From assembly GCF_000143415.4 (NCBI RefSeq), contig NW_003314327.1, positions 582,775 to 646,774 of the forward strand: 64,000 bases of DNA. The letters are read 5' to 3'. Source of the DNA: Selaginella moellendorffii (Eukaryota > Plantae > Lycopodiophyta). The translations under genes and the position numbers were made by a program. The notes below the pieces were generated by a model that was given only the letters and a program-made list of their open reading frames with translations, was not told the origin of the DNA and ran no database searches. This document shows positions 12,188-23,775 of the stretch, piece by piece. Within the stretch, counting starts at the first letter, position 1, and each line of letters opens with the position of its first letter.

Positions 12188-13748
12188 CTATGACGCCGCT
12201 GGGTTGATCACTTTGGGCTTGGGCTTCACCTCAGCTTCGTTGATACTGCGCACAAAGATTGCATCTGGTTCGTGCCTGCGAGGGGAGATTCACGATTGTA
12301 AGTACCAGAGGTTAGACTGGACGAACGTAAGTTTCTTACGGTTTTTCTCCCTCTTCAAAGGTGTAGCTCGACGCAATCGCCAAGAGCCTTCCATCGCGGC
12401 TAAACGAGAGCGCGGCTATGCTTGTTGGGTATCGCGAGTACTACAAAGACGGATTTTTATCAAAGGACGACTGGAAAGGAAGAGACGAACCTGATAAAGC
12501 CTCTTCTTATTGTTCCCGTCCCATACGTTTACGTATCCATCGCAGCCTCCAGTTGCAAAGGTCCCATATCTAGCAATTCAATGGAAGAACGAACGAGCTT
12601 AGAAAACAAAACAAACCAAAGCTCTAGACTCACGCACATTGGATGGAAAGCGATGGCATTAACGGGATAGACTGTGTCACGGCCAGCCTCGGAATTTCTG
12701 TGGCACTTGAAAGCATACCTGACAGTACAATTGTCAATGAAAACTGCGTGATAGAAGTTCGAAGAAAAAAAAAAAGAACTTACTTTTTAGCTTGCCCAGC
12801 CTCAGACATGTCAAAAAACTCCATAGCAACTCGGCCTTCAACGGAGCTTAGCGCATAGCCTGCAGTGAAAAGTTAGTCCAGAAACGTTTGGTACGTCTGG
12901 TAAGAATCTCCAAGACTCTCGGATTTTTTTTTTTTTCCTCGGCTCTTCTTACCCGTTCCATTGGGATAGCAACGAACACATCGCGTTTGATACTTGAGAG
13001 ACGACTCTCGTTCTTGCTCGGGGCGAGACATGTTTCTCAAATCGTAAACGTTGATGTGCCTGCCCGCGGTGGCCACCACCAGGTGCGGGAACACGAGAGA
13101 CATGGAGTAGACGCGCTCTGGCTGCTGGTATGTTCCAACTGGTGGCTTGTTTCCCAAAACTCTGGCGTCCCAACATCTGAGAGTTTTATCCCAGCTACCT
13201 GTGATAACTTGGCCTGGAAAGATAAAGAACCAAAACAAAGAAACACTTTTGAGACAATGGAAACGACTAGCAAGATCTAGAGTACCTGTGTGATGGGAGT
13301 ATTCTACACAGCGAACAGACGCCTCGTGAGAACCCAAGATGTCCTCTCTGCCTGTGTTGAAATCGTACCTGTGAGCCAAGTATCAGAATACGAGATAGCT
13401 AGCTACTCAAGAAAGATATCTTTACCTTCGTACAGTGTAGTCGGCACTGGCACTAAAACCCGAGGCATCGTCGTGAAAGCAGCAATCTAGAACTGGTCCC
13501 CTATGCTCAAACTGGCCCTTCAAGGTATTGGCGCTGGCATCGTAGAGCCTGACTTTCTGCCCAAGAGAAAGATCCACATTGTAGCAAAAAGAAAGAGAAA
13601 AGAATGTAGGGAGAGAGGAAGAACTTACGGAATCCCAGGAAGAAACAAGGAGATGATCGCTGTGATTGGAGAAGCGCAAGTTGGAAATGCCGTCGGGCGG
13701 AGGCGATGTGAGCTCCCGACCAGCGCCAGCGCCAACAGCTCCCATCAT
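12188..13748 (-). CDS. BUB3: Mitotic checkpoint WD40 protein BUB3; multi-exon
   Basis: [28 protein letters not shown] and [19 protein letters not shown]-terminus [21 protein letters not shown]; stop at 12188. Confidence 0.95.
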
Positions 13749-13827
13749 CGCTCTCCACCAAAACCCTAAATAACCCCTGATCTAGGGCTCCTACGCTCTT
13801 CCTCGAGGGAATTTCAAAATTCCAAGC

Positions 13828-13835
13828 TTTCCCGC
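13828..13835. promoter_or_regulatory. E2F consensus site TTTCCCGC upstream of BUB3
   Basis: Exact TTTCCCGC ~80 bp upstream of the BUB3 ATG; telo-box AAACCCTA at ~13761. Confidence 0.5.
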
Positions 13836-14117
13836 CAGATCAGTTAAACCCATCTAGAAGAAGGCCTTGAAACTCCTGTGATCGATCGAGTTCCAAAACG
13901 ATCCCTTGAGGATCCAAGTTTATAGTGGACATGGAGCTCTAAACACCAGCAGTCTTGGATAAATAGAAAGAACACCTGAGAGTGAATCGAAAGAACACCT
14001 GGGTAGCAGTCTTAGAAACACATGAGAGGAGTCTTGGGTAGAACACCTGTGATTTGATAAGTTCTTAAAGAGAAGAGAAGAAACTACGAACCTCCTCGTC
14101 CATCTCTTGCTAAGTTA

Positions 14118-15066
14118 CTAGCTCTTGTCCACGGGCTTGGGCTTCTTGGTTCCATACTTCGATCGCCCTTTCCTCCGGTTTGCGACGCCCTGGAGATCTT
14201 TCGCGCCCCTGATGCAGTGGTACTTGACACCGGGAAGATCTTTCACTCGGCCTCCCCGGACGAGCACCACCGAGTGCTCTTGGAGGTTGTGGCCCTCGCC
14301 TGGGATGTAGGCGATGACAACGTTGCGATTGGAGAGACGAACCTTGGCGACTTTCCGAAGAGCCGAGTTGGGCTTCTTTGGAGTCCTGGTGGAGACGCGG
14401 AGGCACACTCCCTGCTTCTGTGGTGCTCCTCCCAGAGCTGGGGATTTGGAGAGCTTCTTCTTTTTCTTTCGTGCGCCTCTGACGAGCTGGTTCAGAGTCG
14501 GCTTGAGTTCCAGAGTTTTGTTCGTTTCAGCTTGCGGAATCTAAAGGAAAACTGTGAATTCGAGCTTTCTGAGCAAACAGAAGATAGACTTTTACTTGAT
14601 CGAGAGTTTCCACTTGCTGGCTGGAAAGATCGGCCATCAACACTGCCAGAAAGAAAGAAGGAAAATGGGCATGATCATCATCACTCAGAAATCTTACCAG
14701 GATTTAGCAAGCCGGTAGTGTCGAAGAGAGATCCCGCCGAGAAACCATACGTGACCTACAATATAAAACATAGACGCTAAGCATCGATGACTTGGCTTCC
14801 AATCCACGCACTTACCTGCTGGTTTCGCAGCAAAGAAGTCCACTCGAACGCATCGATACGAGAATGTCCTGAAAGAATCACAAAATACAACGAGCAGCAC
14901 GCTTCCAATCGATCAAACCTGGCTCCTTCACAGCCGGCAGCAATGCAGGATGCAGCGCCCGGCCATCCAGCGGCGAGCTCGAAATTCTCGCCTGCGTCGA
15001 GAAGATCCTCGCTCGGCCGGAGAATGCGAAGCCTAGCGCTCTCCTGCGCGCTTGCCACGACCCCAT
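14118..15066 (-). CDS. rps12: Nuclear-encoded mitochondrial-type ribosomal protein S12 with spliced N-terminal presequence
   Basis: Core PTLNQLVR...[31 protein letters not shown]...[30 protein letters not shown] sits behind an AG acceptor at ~14541. Upstream Arg/Ser-rich exon [25 protein letters not shown] from ATG 15066; the exon joins are inferred. Confidence 0.88.
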
Positions 15067-15137
15067 AGCATCTATAAACCCTAAATATTTTACTAAGTCC
15101 ACTCAATGCGCGTGGGAGGAGGAGCTAGGTCTGGTGG

Positions 15138-18100
15138 ATGTCCGTGGAGCTCCTGAGGCGCATGGCGGAGATCAAGGAGGACGAGGAGGATGCGCGGCCT
15201 CCCCAGATCTCCAGGGATTCCAGCAACAAAGAGAAGAACAGCGGCCGCTGCGTCTACATCAACGAAGGGGATCGCTATCCCGATCTCTATTGCAACAACA
15301 GGGTATCCAACACCAAGTATAATCTCTGGAATTTCCTTCCCAAGAATCTATGGGAGCAATTCGGGTAAGCTTCACGCTATCGGACCGGCATTCTATGATT
15401 CTTTTGTTTGATTCAGGCGATTCATGAACAAGTACTTCCTTCTCATTGCGATCCTCCAGCTCTGGCCTCTCATCACTCCCGTCAATCCAGCCAGCACTTG
15501 GGGGCCTTTGCTACTTATCTTCTCGGTCTCGGCGTGTAAGGAAGCTTGGGACGATTATAACCGATATAAGCTGGACAAGCAAGCAAATGAGAGGATGGTT
15601 TGGGTCGTCAAGAAAGGCGTCAAGACACGGGTGAGAAACTACACTGTTTTGTAAAGTTTTTGCTCTAACTATTTTTTGATAGATCCAAGCGCAAGATATT
15701 CATGTCGGTGACATCGTCTGGTTGCGGGAAAAGGATGAAGTTCCGTGCGATATGATCTTACTGGGATCGTCAGATCCTCAAGGTGTTTGCTACATTGAGG
15801 TACATTGGCTGTTTTTATTTTTCTTGGATCTCTTGGATCTCTTCTGTTTCTTCTCTCTTTTCAGACGTCAACCATTGATGGAGAAACTGATTTGAAGACC
15901 CGAGTTGTCCCGTCTCCTTGCATTGGGCTTAACTCCGAGCTCCTTCACAAAATCAAGGTAGAACTTTCTTCTTAGTCTTTTTAGGAACTTACATATGTTT
16001 GATCTTAAGGGTATTATTGAATGCGGATATCCGGACAGAGATATTCGAAGACTTGATGCCAACCTCAGGTTGTTTCCTCCTTTTATCGACACGGACTACT
16101 TCCCAATCACTGTCAACAACACGTTGTTGCAATCCTGTTTCATTAGAAACACTGAGTGGGCATGCGGAGTGGCTGTGTATACAGGTATTTTTTTTAATCT
16201 GCTTAAGGAAAACAAACCTTCTTTACAGGCAATGAGACTAAGCTTGGGATGAGCAGAGGTTTGCCATCGCCAAAACTTACAGCAGTCGATGCGATGATTG
16301 ATAAGCTAACCGGAGCCATTTTTGTATTTCAAGTGGTTGTGGTTATCATTCTTGGTTTCGCCGGAAACGCGTGGAAGTCCACTGAGGCGGACAAGGTTGG
16401 CACAATTTTTTCTTTCGTGGGCTCTAAATTGTCAGCTTTGCAGCTGTGGTACGTCCATTATCCGAAAGCTGCCCCTTGGTACGAGTTTATTGTCATTCCC
16501 CTAAGGTTTGAGCTTTTATGCTCGATTATGATACCCATTTCAATTAAGGTATGTTTTCGCTGTATAATGTTGATATCCTTATGTATCGTGTCAGGTCTCC
16601 TTGGATTTGGCAAAAAGCATGTACGCCAAGTTTATTGATTGGGATCTTCATATGTACGATGAGAAAACGGATACTCCAGCCGTTGCTACAAAGTATGAAA
16701 GCTGTCTTGCATACTCTTTTTCTAGAATTAAAATCTAACGTTTCAATGCTGCAGTACGGCCATCAGTGAAGATCTTGGTCAAATTGAATATATTCTCACT
16801 GATAAAACGGGTACATTGACCGAAAATTTGATGTTGTTCAAGAAATGCTGCATAAAAGGCTCCTGTTACGGTGATTCAACCCGTGATGCTGTCAAAGGTA
16901 TTTTCATTCTTTTATACAAAATTTTAAACAAGAATCTTGTGTAGATCCTGCTCTTCTTCGTGCGCTAAACGAAAATGATCCAGAAGTACTCAAGTTTCTT
17001 ACAGTTATGGCAGTTTGTAACACGGTGGTGCCAAGTCGAAGGTACGCAAAAAATATAGGAATTAATCTAAACCTTGTCGTTCACTTTCAGTCCAAACGGT
17101 TCGATCTCATACAAAGCTCAATCTCAAGACGAAGAAGCTCTTGTTTCAGCTGCTTCTCATCTTCGCGTCGTGCTGCTTAACAAGGCTGCTAACTGTGTAG
17201 GTAACTGATATTTAGATGATATTCTCATAGTTATTTTAACACCATTGAGGTTTGTTATAGAGGTCAGTGTACTCGGAGCGGTATTGGAGTTCGACATTCT
17301 TGACGTGCTAGAATTCACGTCCGACCGTAAGAAGATGTCAGTAATTGTAAGAGAGAGGCAGACTGGCGAGCTGAAGCTATTAACAAAGGGAGCTGACGAA
17401 GCAATTTTTTCTTCAGTCCATAACGGTGAGCTCTTGTATTCGACCTCGACGCATCTATTTACTAAGATTAATTTTTTGATAGACCAACAAGTAAGGCGTG
17501 TCGCGGAGATTGTCGATCAGTATTCACAGATGGGATTAAGGACGCTATGTCTGGCTTGGCGAGATATCCGAGAGGAGGAATATCATGACTGGTCGAGGAA
17601 GTTTAAAGAAGCGAGCAGCAGCATCGTGGATCGAGAGGTCTGTATTTGACCTTTAACAACTTTGTGATCTTATTTTATTTGTCTTGTTCAGTGGAAGATT
17701 GCGGAAGTGTGCGTGCTTATGGAACGTAATCTAGAGCTTTTAGGTGCAACAGCTATTGAGGACAAGTTACAAGTGAGCACTGTCTGATTATATATTTTCT
17801 CTACATAAGGCGTGTTTCAGGACGGTGTTGCGGAGACCATTGAAAGCCTTCGAGATGCAGGAATCAATTTCTGGATGCTGACGGGAGATAAGCAGTTGAC
17901 AGCAGCTCAGATTGCACTTTCGTGCAACTTCGTGCTTCCGGGTAGGATGGGTGTTTTTGTGGAGTATCTAATGCTAATTCTACTTAACAGAACCTCAGGG
18001 ACAATTACTGTATGTGCAAGGAGCGACCCAGAGTGACGTTGGAGCGAGTCTGGAGAGGGTCTTGCGAACTATGCAGATATCTAGCACTGAACATAAGGTG

Positions 18101-19703
18101 ACTCGTCTACTTTTATGAGCATCGCTCTTAATGTTCTCTTAGTATCAGGATGTAGCCTTTGTTATCGATGGACTGGCACTGGAATTTGCATTGAAGTACT
18201 ACAGACAACTTTTCGCTGAGGTGGCTTCACTATGCAGAACTGCTATTTGTTGCCGTGTAACACCATCACAAAAGGCTCAGGTACTCGAAATCAAAATATT
18301 CTTATGCTTTTTTGAGTGACATGTCTCTGGCAGCTTGTACATTTAGTAAAAAGCTGGGAGTTCAGAACTCTCGCTATAGGAGATGGAGGAAACGATGTCC
18401 GCATGATACAAGAAGCTCATGTTGGTGTAGGGATAAGCGGGCGTGAAGGCCTTCAGGCAGCTAGAGCAGCAGATTACAGTCTCGCCAGTAAGTAGTTTGG
18501 ATACAGCTGCAATATTTCTAACATCTTATGTCGCAGAATTTCGATTTTTGAAGCGGTTGATACTTGTACATGGGAGATACTCATATAATAGGAGCGCATT
18601 TTTGTCACAGTACTCAATCTACAAATCACTGGTCTTATGCTTCATTCAGATCTTGTAAGCTTTTTTCTTTTTGCATATCGGATTTCGCTGATGCTTTTCC
18701 TTTTTTGGTTGTTTTCTCCTCTAGTTTCTCGTTCGTGTCAGGAATATCTGGGACGAGTTTGTTCAACTCTTTCAGTTTGATGGCCTACAATGTTTTGTAC
18801 ACTAGTGTCCCTGTGATGGCTAGCGTCCTCGACAAGGACATCGACGAGAAGACGGTCCTTCAACATCCCCAGATATTGAAATACTGTCAAGCCGGGAGGT
18901 AAGGCAGTGGCAGTGGCTCTCATTGTCAATAACTTGTAGTTTCAGGCTTTTAAATCCCAGCACATTTGCTGGCTGGTTTGGCCGGGCACTTTTTCACGTA
19001 AGGCTCGTCTTTAACCACATAAACCGTGATCGTTGCTCTCGTTTTGCAGGGCGCCGTGGTTTTTCTCATCACCATGCACGTCTACGTGAATGAAAAGAGC
19101 GAAATGGAGGAGGTCTCTCTTGTCGCGCTATCAGGCTGCATCTGGCTCCAAGCATTCGTCGTCGCGTTGGAAACAAGGTAATCAGCATTCCATCAAATTC
19201 CTGGCAACGATCTCGTCGCGCCTTTTGCAGTTCCTTCACGACCATTCAGCACATAGCCATCGGCGGCAACCTCGTCGCTTTCTACATCTTCAACCTGGTC
19301 GCGAGCACCGTGAAATGGGGAGGCATGTACACTATCATGTTTCGCATTTGCAGCCAGCGTGCATACTGGCTCACGATGTTGGTAAGCGTTTGTTCTCACG
19401 TTCTTTTGCTTCCACGCTTATAAATCTCTTTTTCTTGTGCTTGTTTAGCTGATTGTTGGTGCCGGGATTGGACCCATCGCGGCTCTCAAGTTCTTCCGGT
19501 TCTTCTATCGCCCCAGCTTGATCAACATCCTCCAGTACCGGGAGAGACGAGCAAGGGTCACAGAAGCAAATGCTACGTCTAGCTCCAGTGCTACGAGCAG
19601 TGGGAGCACTTCTAGCAGCCAACGCGCCGCGCAAGACGAAGAATCATCGTCAGTGTATCAGCCTCTCTTGTTGTCCACCAAGGATAGAACAAAGCGCCAG
19701 TGA
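15138..19703 (+). CDS. ALA2: P4-type ATPase phospholipid flippase (ALA2-like); ~20 exons
   Basis: [22 protein letters not shown], phosphorylation motif DKTGT at 16801, WMLTGDK and [14 protein letters not shown]. Confidence 0.94.
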
Positions 19704-19837
19704 TTCATGCGCTAAAATCAAAGTGCTTGACATTTTGTCAATTGGAAGCAAAAGCATAACTAGGAGTATGATCATAGAAGCCACTGGATTAAACTATCAC
19801 GAATGAGATGCTGCAAAAACTTTTGGAGTTTTTCATC

Positions 19838-21030
19838 TCACTTGTCGGCAAAGGAGATGCAACCTGGATAGAACACCATCAAGTCGAAAAGAACGCTCTG
19901 CCACTCTTCAGGAATTTCTCTGTTGAATTCGCAGAAAGAACTCCACGAGATCATATCAGAGCAATGGACCACAAGTTCACGGGCTCCCTGGTGCTTGAAC
20001 AAGCCCCTCAAGAAAGAGATATCACCAATATAATCGACAGCATTCAACCAAAGGTGGAAATCAAGTGCATGTAAGTCACGAGGATTCGAGCGCCTACAAG
20101 AAGAAGATTAGGAGAGGGTAGAAAATATAGAAGACCGCAAAGGTGCTTCACGCACCTGTAACCAGCCGGTGACGAAATGGACGATTCGCAAGTTGACGAG
20201 GGGCTCCAGAAGAAGGGAAACGCTCTTCTGGTGCTTCCATTCCAGATGTTCAAAGGTAATCTCTGTGATTGTGGGCATGAGCTCGAAGAGCCTCACCAAT
20301 TCATCCAGCTCCCAGTATCCCCCGATTTTCAAGCTCCGGAGCTTGTCAAATTTCCTGTTGAGTTTGCAGTGAGCGTACATCGTCAGGACTTCTAGGCTCT
20401 CCGATTGGAAACTGAGGCAGATGAAGCTGCCAACCTTGAAGGTGGGGAGTGTCGAGGAAAATACCGTAAGAGCTCAAGATGCCGTCCAGCCATCTCCCCA
20501 TCAAGGTGAACCTCTTGAGGCTGGCGCTCGACACCGTGAGACGGGCCCTGGAGAGACCGTCAAGACACCTGACGTGGAGCTCCTCAAGTAGCGGGCAAGC
20601 TGCGAGGAGCTCCTCGAGCAACCTCGCGTTGACTCTGGAGAGCGACGATCTCCGCAGGCGCCGGCGAGGTGCCATGCGCGCAAGATCGCTGCTGTAGCAT
20701 CCCCCGCTAATCTGGAGGCTCTCGAGCGCACCCATGCAGGACACCAAGTCCAGAACAGCGCGCCCCAAGCGGAGAAACATAGACGGAACATGGAGCCTCA
20801 GCGCTGCGACCGAATCCGCACAAGCAAGCCACCGCGGAGACGAAGTATTTGCTGCTTCCATGGTTCCACTGCGGCTCAGGGACACACTCCAGAGCTCGTT
20901 CACCTTTCCAGAAAACGGTCAACGTCGAGAGCATCCATGAAGTGCTGGCTGCAGCCCCACATCCAGATCAGGTCCATTGCAGTTTCTTCGTCCATTCTGA
21001 CCAGGCTCGACGCTCAAGCCTTAAGAACTG
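19838..21030 (-). pseudogene. F-box/LRR(FBD)-like gene, fragmented or uncertain splicing
   Basis: LRR-like segments LLEELLAACPLLEELHVRCL, VSSASLKRFTL and FDKLRSLKI lie in different frames with weak splice joins. No clear F-box or start codon found. Confidence 0.5.
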
Positions 21031-21418
21031 CAGATGTAAGAGATATGAGCAAAGTCATCACTTCTTTCTTGACTTGTTCTTTTCTATGTAATGAGATTTC
21101 AATCTCTCAATTATAATTCGTGAGTGGACTTTGGCGAGCTCCATGATTGATTTGTATTTACGTTGATTTGATTCTATTGGACCCTCATACGTCTCCTACC
21201 ACACTTTTCAGTGGTGACTATCTCACGAGAAACGGAGAAATGAACTTATGTAATCGTTGAAGCGAAACAAACGTCCAGTGACTTCGCAAAAGAAATGCTC
21301 CTGAAGCTGCTGAAGCTCTGGAGTTTTACTGCCACTTCTCCTGTTAGCAAATGCCATGTCGGCCTTCAAAAGAATTCAGGAAGAATTTCTGGGCGGACAT
21401 CTGTGAGCACGCCATTTC

Positions 21419-21642
21419 CTTCTTCTACCGCCCCACCTTGATCACCATCCTCCAGTGCCGTGAAAGACGAGCCATGGTCACAGAAGCAAATGCTACCACT
21501 AGCTCCACTCGAGGAATCCTCGTCAGTGTATCAGCCACTCTTGTTGTCCACCAAGGATAGAACAAAGCGCCAGTGATTCATGTGCCATACATATCCTTTC
21601 TTCCGATTTGATGAGCTTTGTAAAATCAAAAGTGCTTGACAC
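21419..21642 (+). repeat. Duplicated, decayed copy of the ALA2 last exon/3' UTR
   Basis: Matches ~19498-19732 (TTCTTCTAYCGCCCCA.CTTGATCA.CATCCTCCAGT...CAAGGATAGAACAAAGCGCCAGTGATTCATG...AAGTGCTTGACA) with an internal deletion. Confidence 0.9.
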
Positions 21643-22036
21643 TTCGTCACTAGAACTGTACTAAAATGGACACTTTTAAAGTCACCCCAGCGGACGTTAA
21701 GGCATGTTATAGCACCGACAAGATTGAGAATTAAGCTTGTCATTTAGCATAACTATAACTATAATCTTGTCATTTAGCATCACTTTAAACTATAATAAGT
21801 ATTTAAAATATAAGCACTAAATACGTATTTTATAAAAAGTATATCTATAAGTAGGAATACAAAAACGTTTCACCCGTTTTACCGGTAGTTATCCACAATC
21901 CACGAGCTGTTGCTTGGGAGAAAGGGAAAAAGGAAAACCAAAAAATAATAGATACACTAAATACACTGGCAAAGTGCGCTGCGGTAGTGCTTTTGCTCCT
22001 GCTAGGGCTTTTGGATTGGCTCGCAGATCCGGCGCC

Positions 22037-23665
22037 ATGGACGACAGCGGAGTGGAGGGCGAGGCCGCGGGCGCCACCGCCGCCGCTGGTCCGGATTATC
22101 CGCTCCTCCACGACACGGAGCGCTTCGAGCTGGTGCGGGACATAGGGTCGGGAAATTTCGCTGTGGCGAGGCTCGTCCGCGATCGCGTCACACAGGAATT
22201 GTTCGCGGTCAAGTACATTGAGCGCGGGGACAAGGTGAGCTCGCGGCGCATATGTGATCTGGGCTCCAATTCTTGTGCCTGTGATCCAGATTGATGAGAA
22301 AGTCCAGAGGGAGATTATCAACCACCGCTCAATGCGACATCCCAATATCGTGCGCTTCAAGGAGGTGGGGAATTTCTCGCCATAGCGATCATTTTGTTCC
22401 TTCTTTCCTCCCGGACTTATCTCGCCTCTTACCAGGTCATGCTGACGCCTACTCATCTCGCCATTGTCATGGAATACGCTGCCGGCGGTGAGCTCTTCGA
22501 GAGGATTTGCAACGCGACCAGATTTGGCGAAGACGAGGTGATTGCTGGCTTTTTACCTTGGTCTTTTTTTATGTCAAAATCCCGTTTTCTCGTAGGCAAG
22601 GTTCTTCTTTCAGCAGCTAATTTCCGGTGTGAGTTACTGCCACAACATGGTAACATTTCCACTTCTTTTCTCCAAACTTTTCTCCTTAACGTGTAGCGTA
22701 CTCTAGGAAGTCTGCCACCGGGATCTAAAGCTGGAGAACACGCTACTCGACGGCAGCCCGGCTCCACGTCTCAAAATTTGTGACTTCGGCTACTCAAAGG
22801 TATCGAGCATTCCGGAAGAGGAGCTAATCCAATCCTGTTTGTGCTCCTTCCAGTCGTCCGTTTTTGATTCGCAGCCAAAGTCAACAGTGGGAACCCCGGC
22901 ATACATTGCACCGGAGGTGCTGTCCACCAAGAACTACGATGGGAAGGTAAGACCCCACCGCGTTGCTACATAGTCTCAGCACTATCAACTCTCTAGAAGC
23001 ACAGAGCAGAGTGTCCTTCCTCTGATGATGATGCAGGTGGGTCAGTGATTCAATCATCCCTTTCAGATTGCAGATGTATGGTCCTGCGGCGTCACCCTGT
23101 ATGTCATGCTCGTCGGTGCCTACCCCTTCGAGGACCCGGAGGATCCCAAAAACTTTCGCAAGACGATTGGAGTGAGCACAAGCTTTGCAAGTTTGATTTC
23201 TTCTCATCGAGTTAGTACTCCTTCCTCTTCTTGCAGAGAATACTTAGCGTCCAGTACTCCATCCCGCAATCGGTGGACATCTCTCCAGAGGCGCACGATC
23301 TCTTGTCCCGCATTTTTGTTGGGAATCCCAACCAGGTAACTTTGGGTTAAGCCACATCTCCGGTTTTTACAGCGCTTTCTTTTTCTTCTTGTTCTCTCCA
23401 GAGGATCAACATTGCCGGTATAAAGAACCACCCTTGGTTCCTCAAGAACTTACCAGCGGAGCTGAGCGATGCTGGAACGAGCACCGTGGACGATCCAAGC
23501 CATCCTCAGAGCATCGAGGATATAATGCGGATCATAACCGAGGCAAGGATTCCCGGCGTTCGGGAGTACCTGGACAACGGGGGCCTGGATTTTGACGACA
23601 TGGATTTGGAGAACGACTTAGACCCAGACTTGGACAGCAGTGGAGAATTCGTGTGTGCCTTGTAG
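22037..23665 (+). CDS. SnRK2: SnRK2 subclass III (OST1/SRK2E-like) ABA-activated Ser/Thr kinase; multi-exon
   Basis: [41 protein letters not shown] and [16 protein letters not shown]. Acidic ABA box [25 protein letters not shown]. Confidence 0.95.
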
Positions 23666-23775
23666 TAAGAAAAAGGCGATGAAGGAAGTGTTAAAAGAAG
23701 AAAGAATCATATCGGCCCTGTTTATTTCTACAACGCGGGATGTAAAAAAAACTAGTCATACCTATGTTAAGTATA

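Noticed and set aside
22947-23066. Poison exon in the longer SnRK2 intron
   Set aside because: An AG...CAG|GTGGG segment with TGA repeats exists, but the flanking introns would be very short and there is no supporting evidence.
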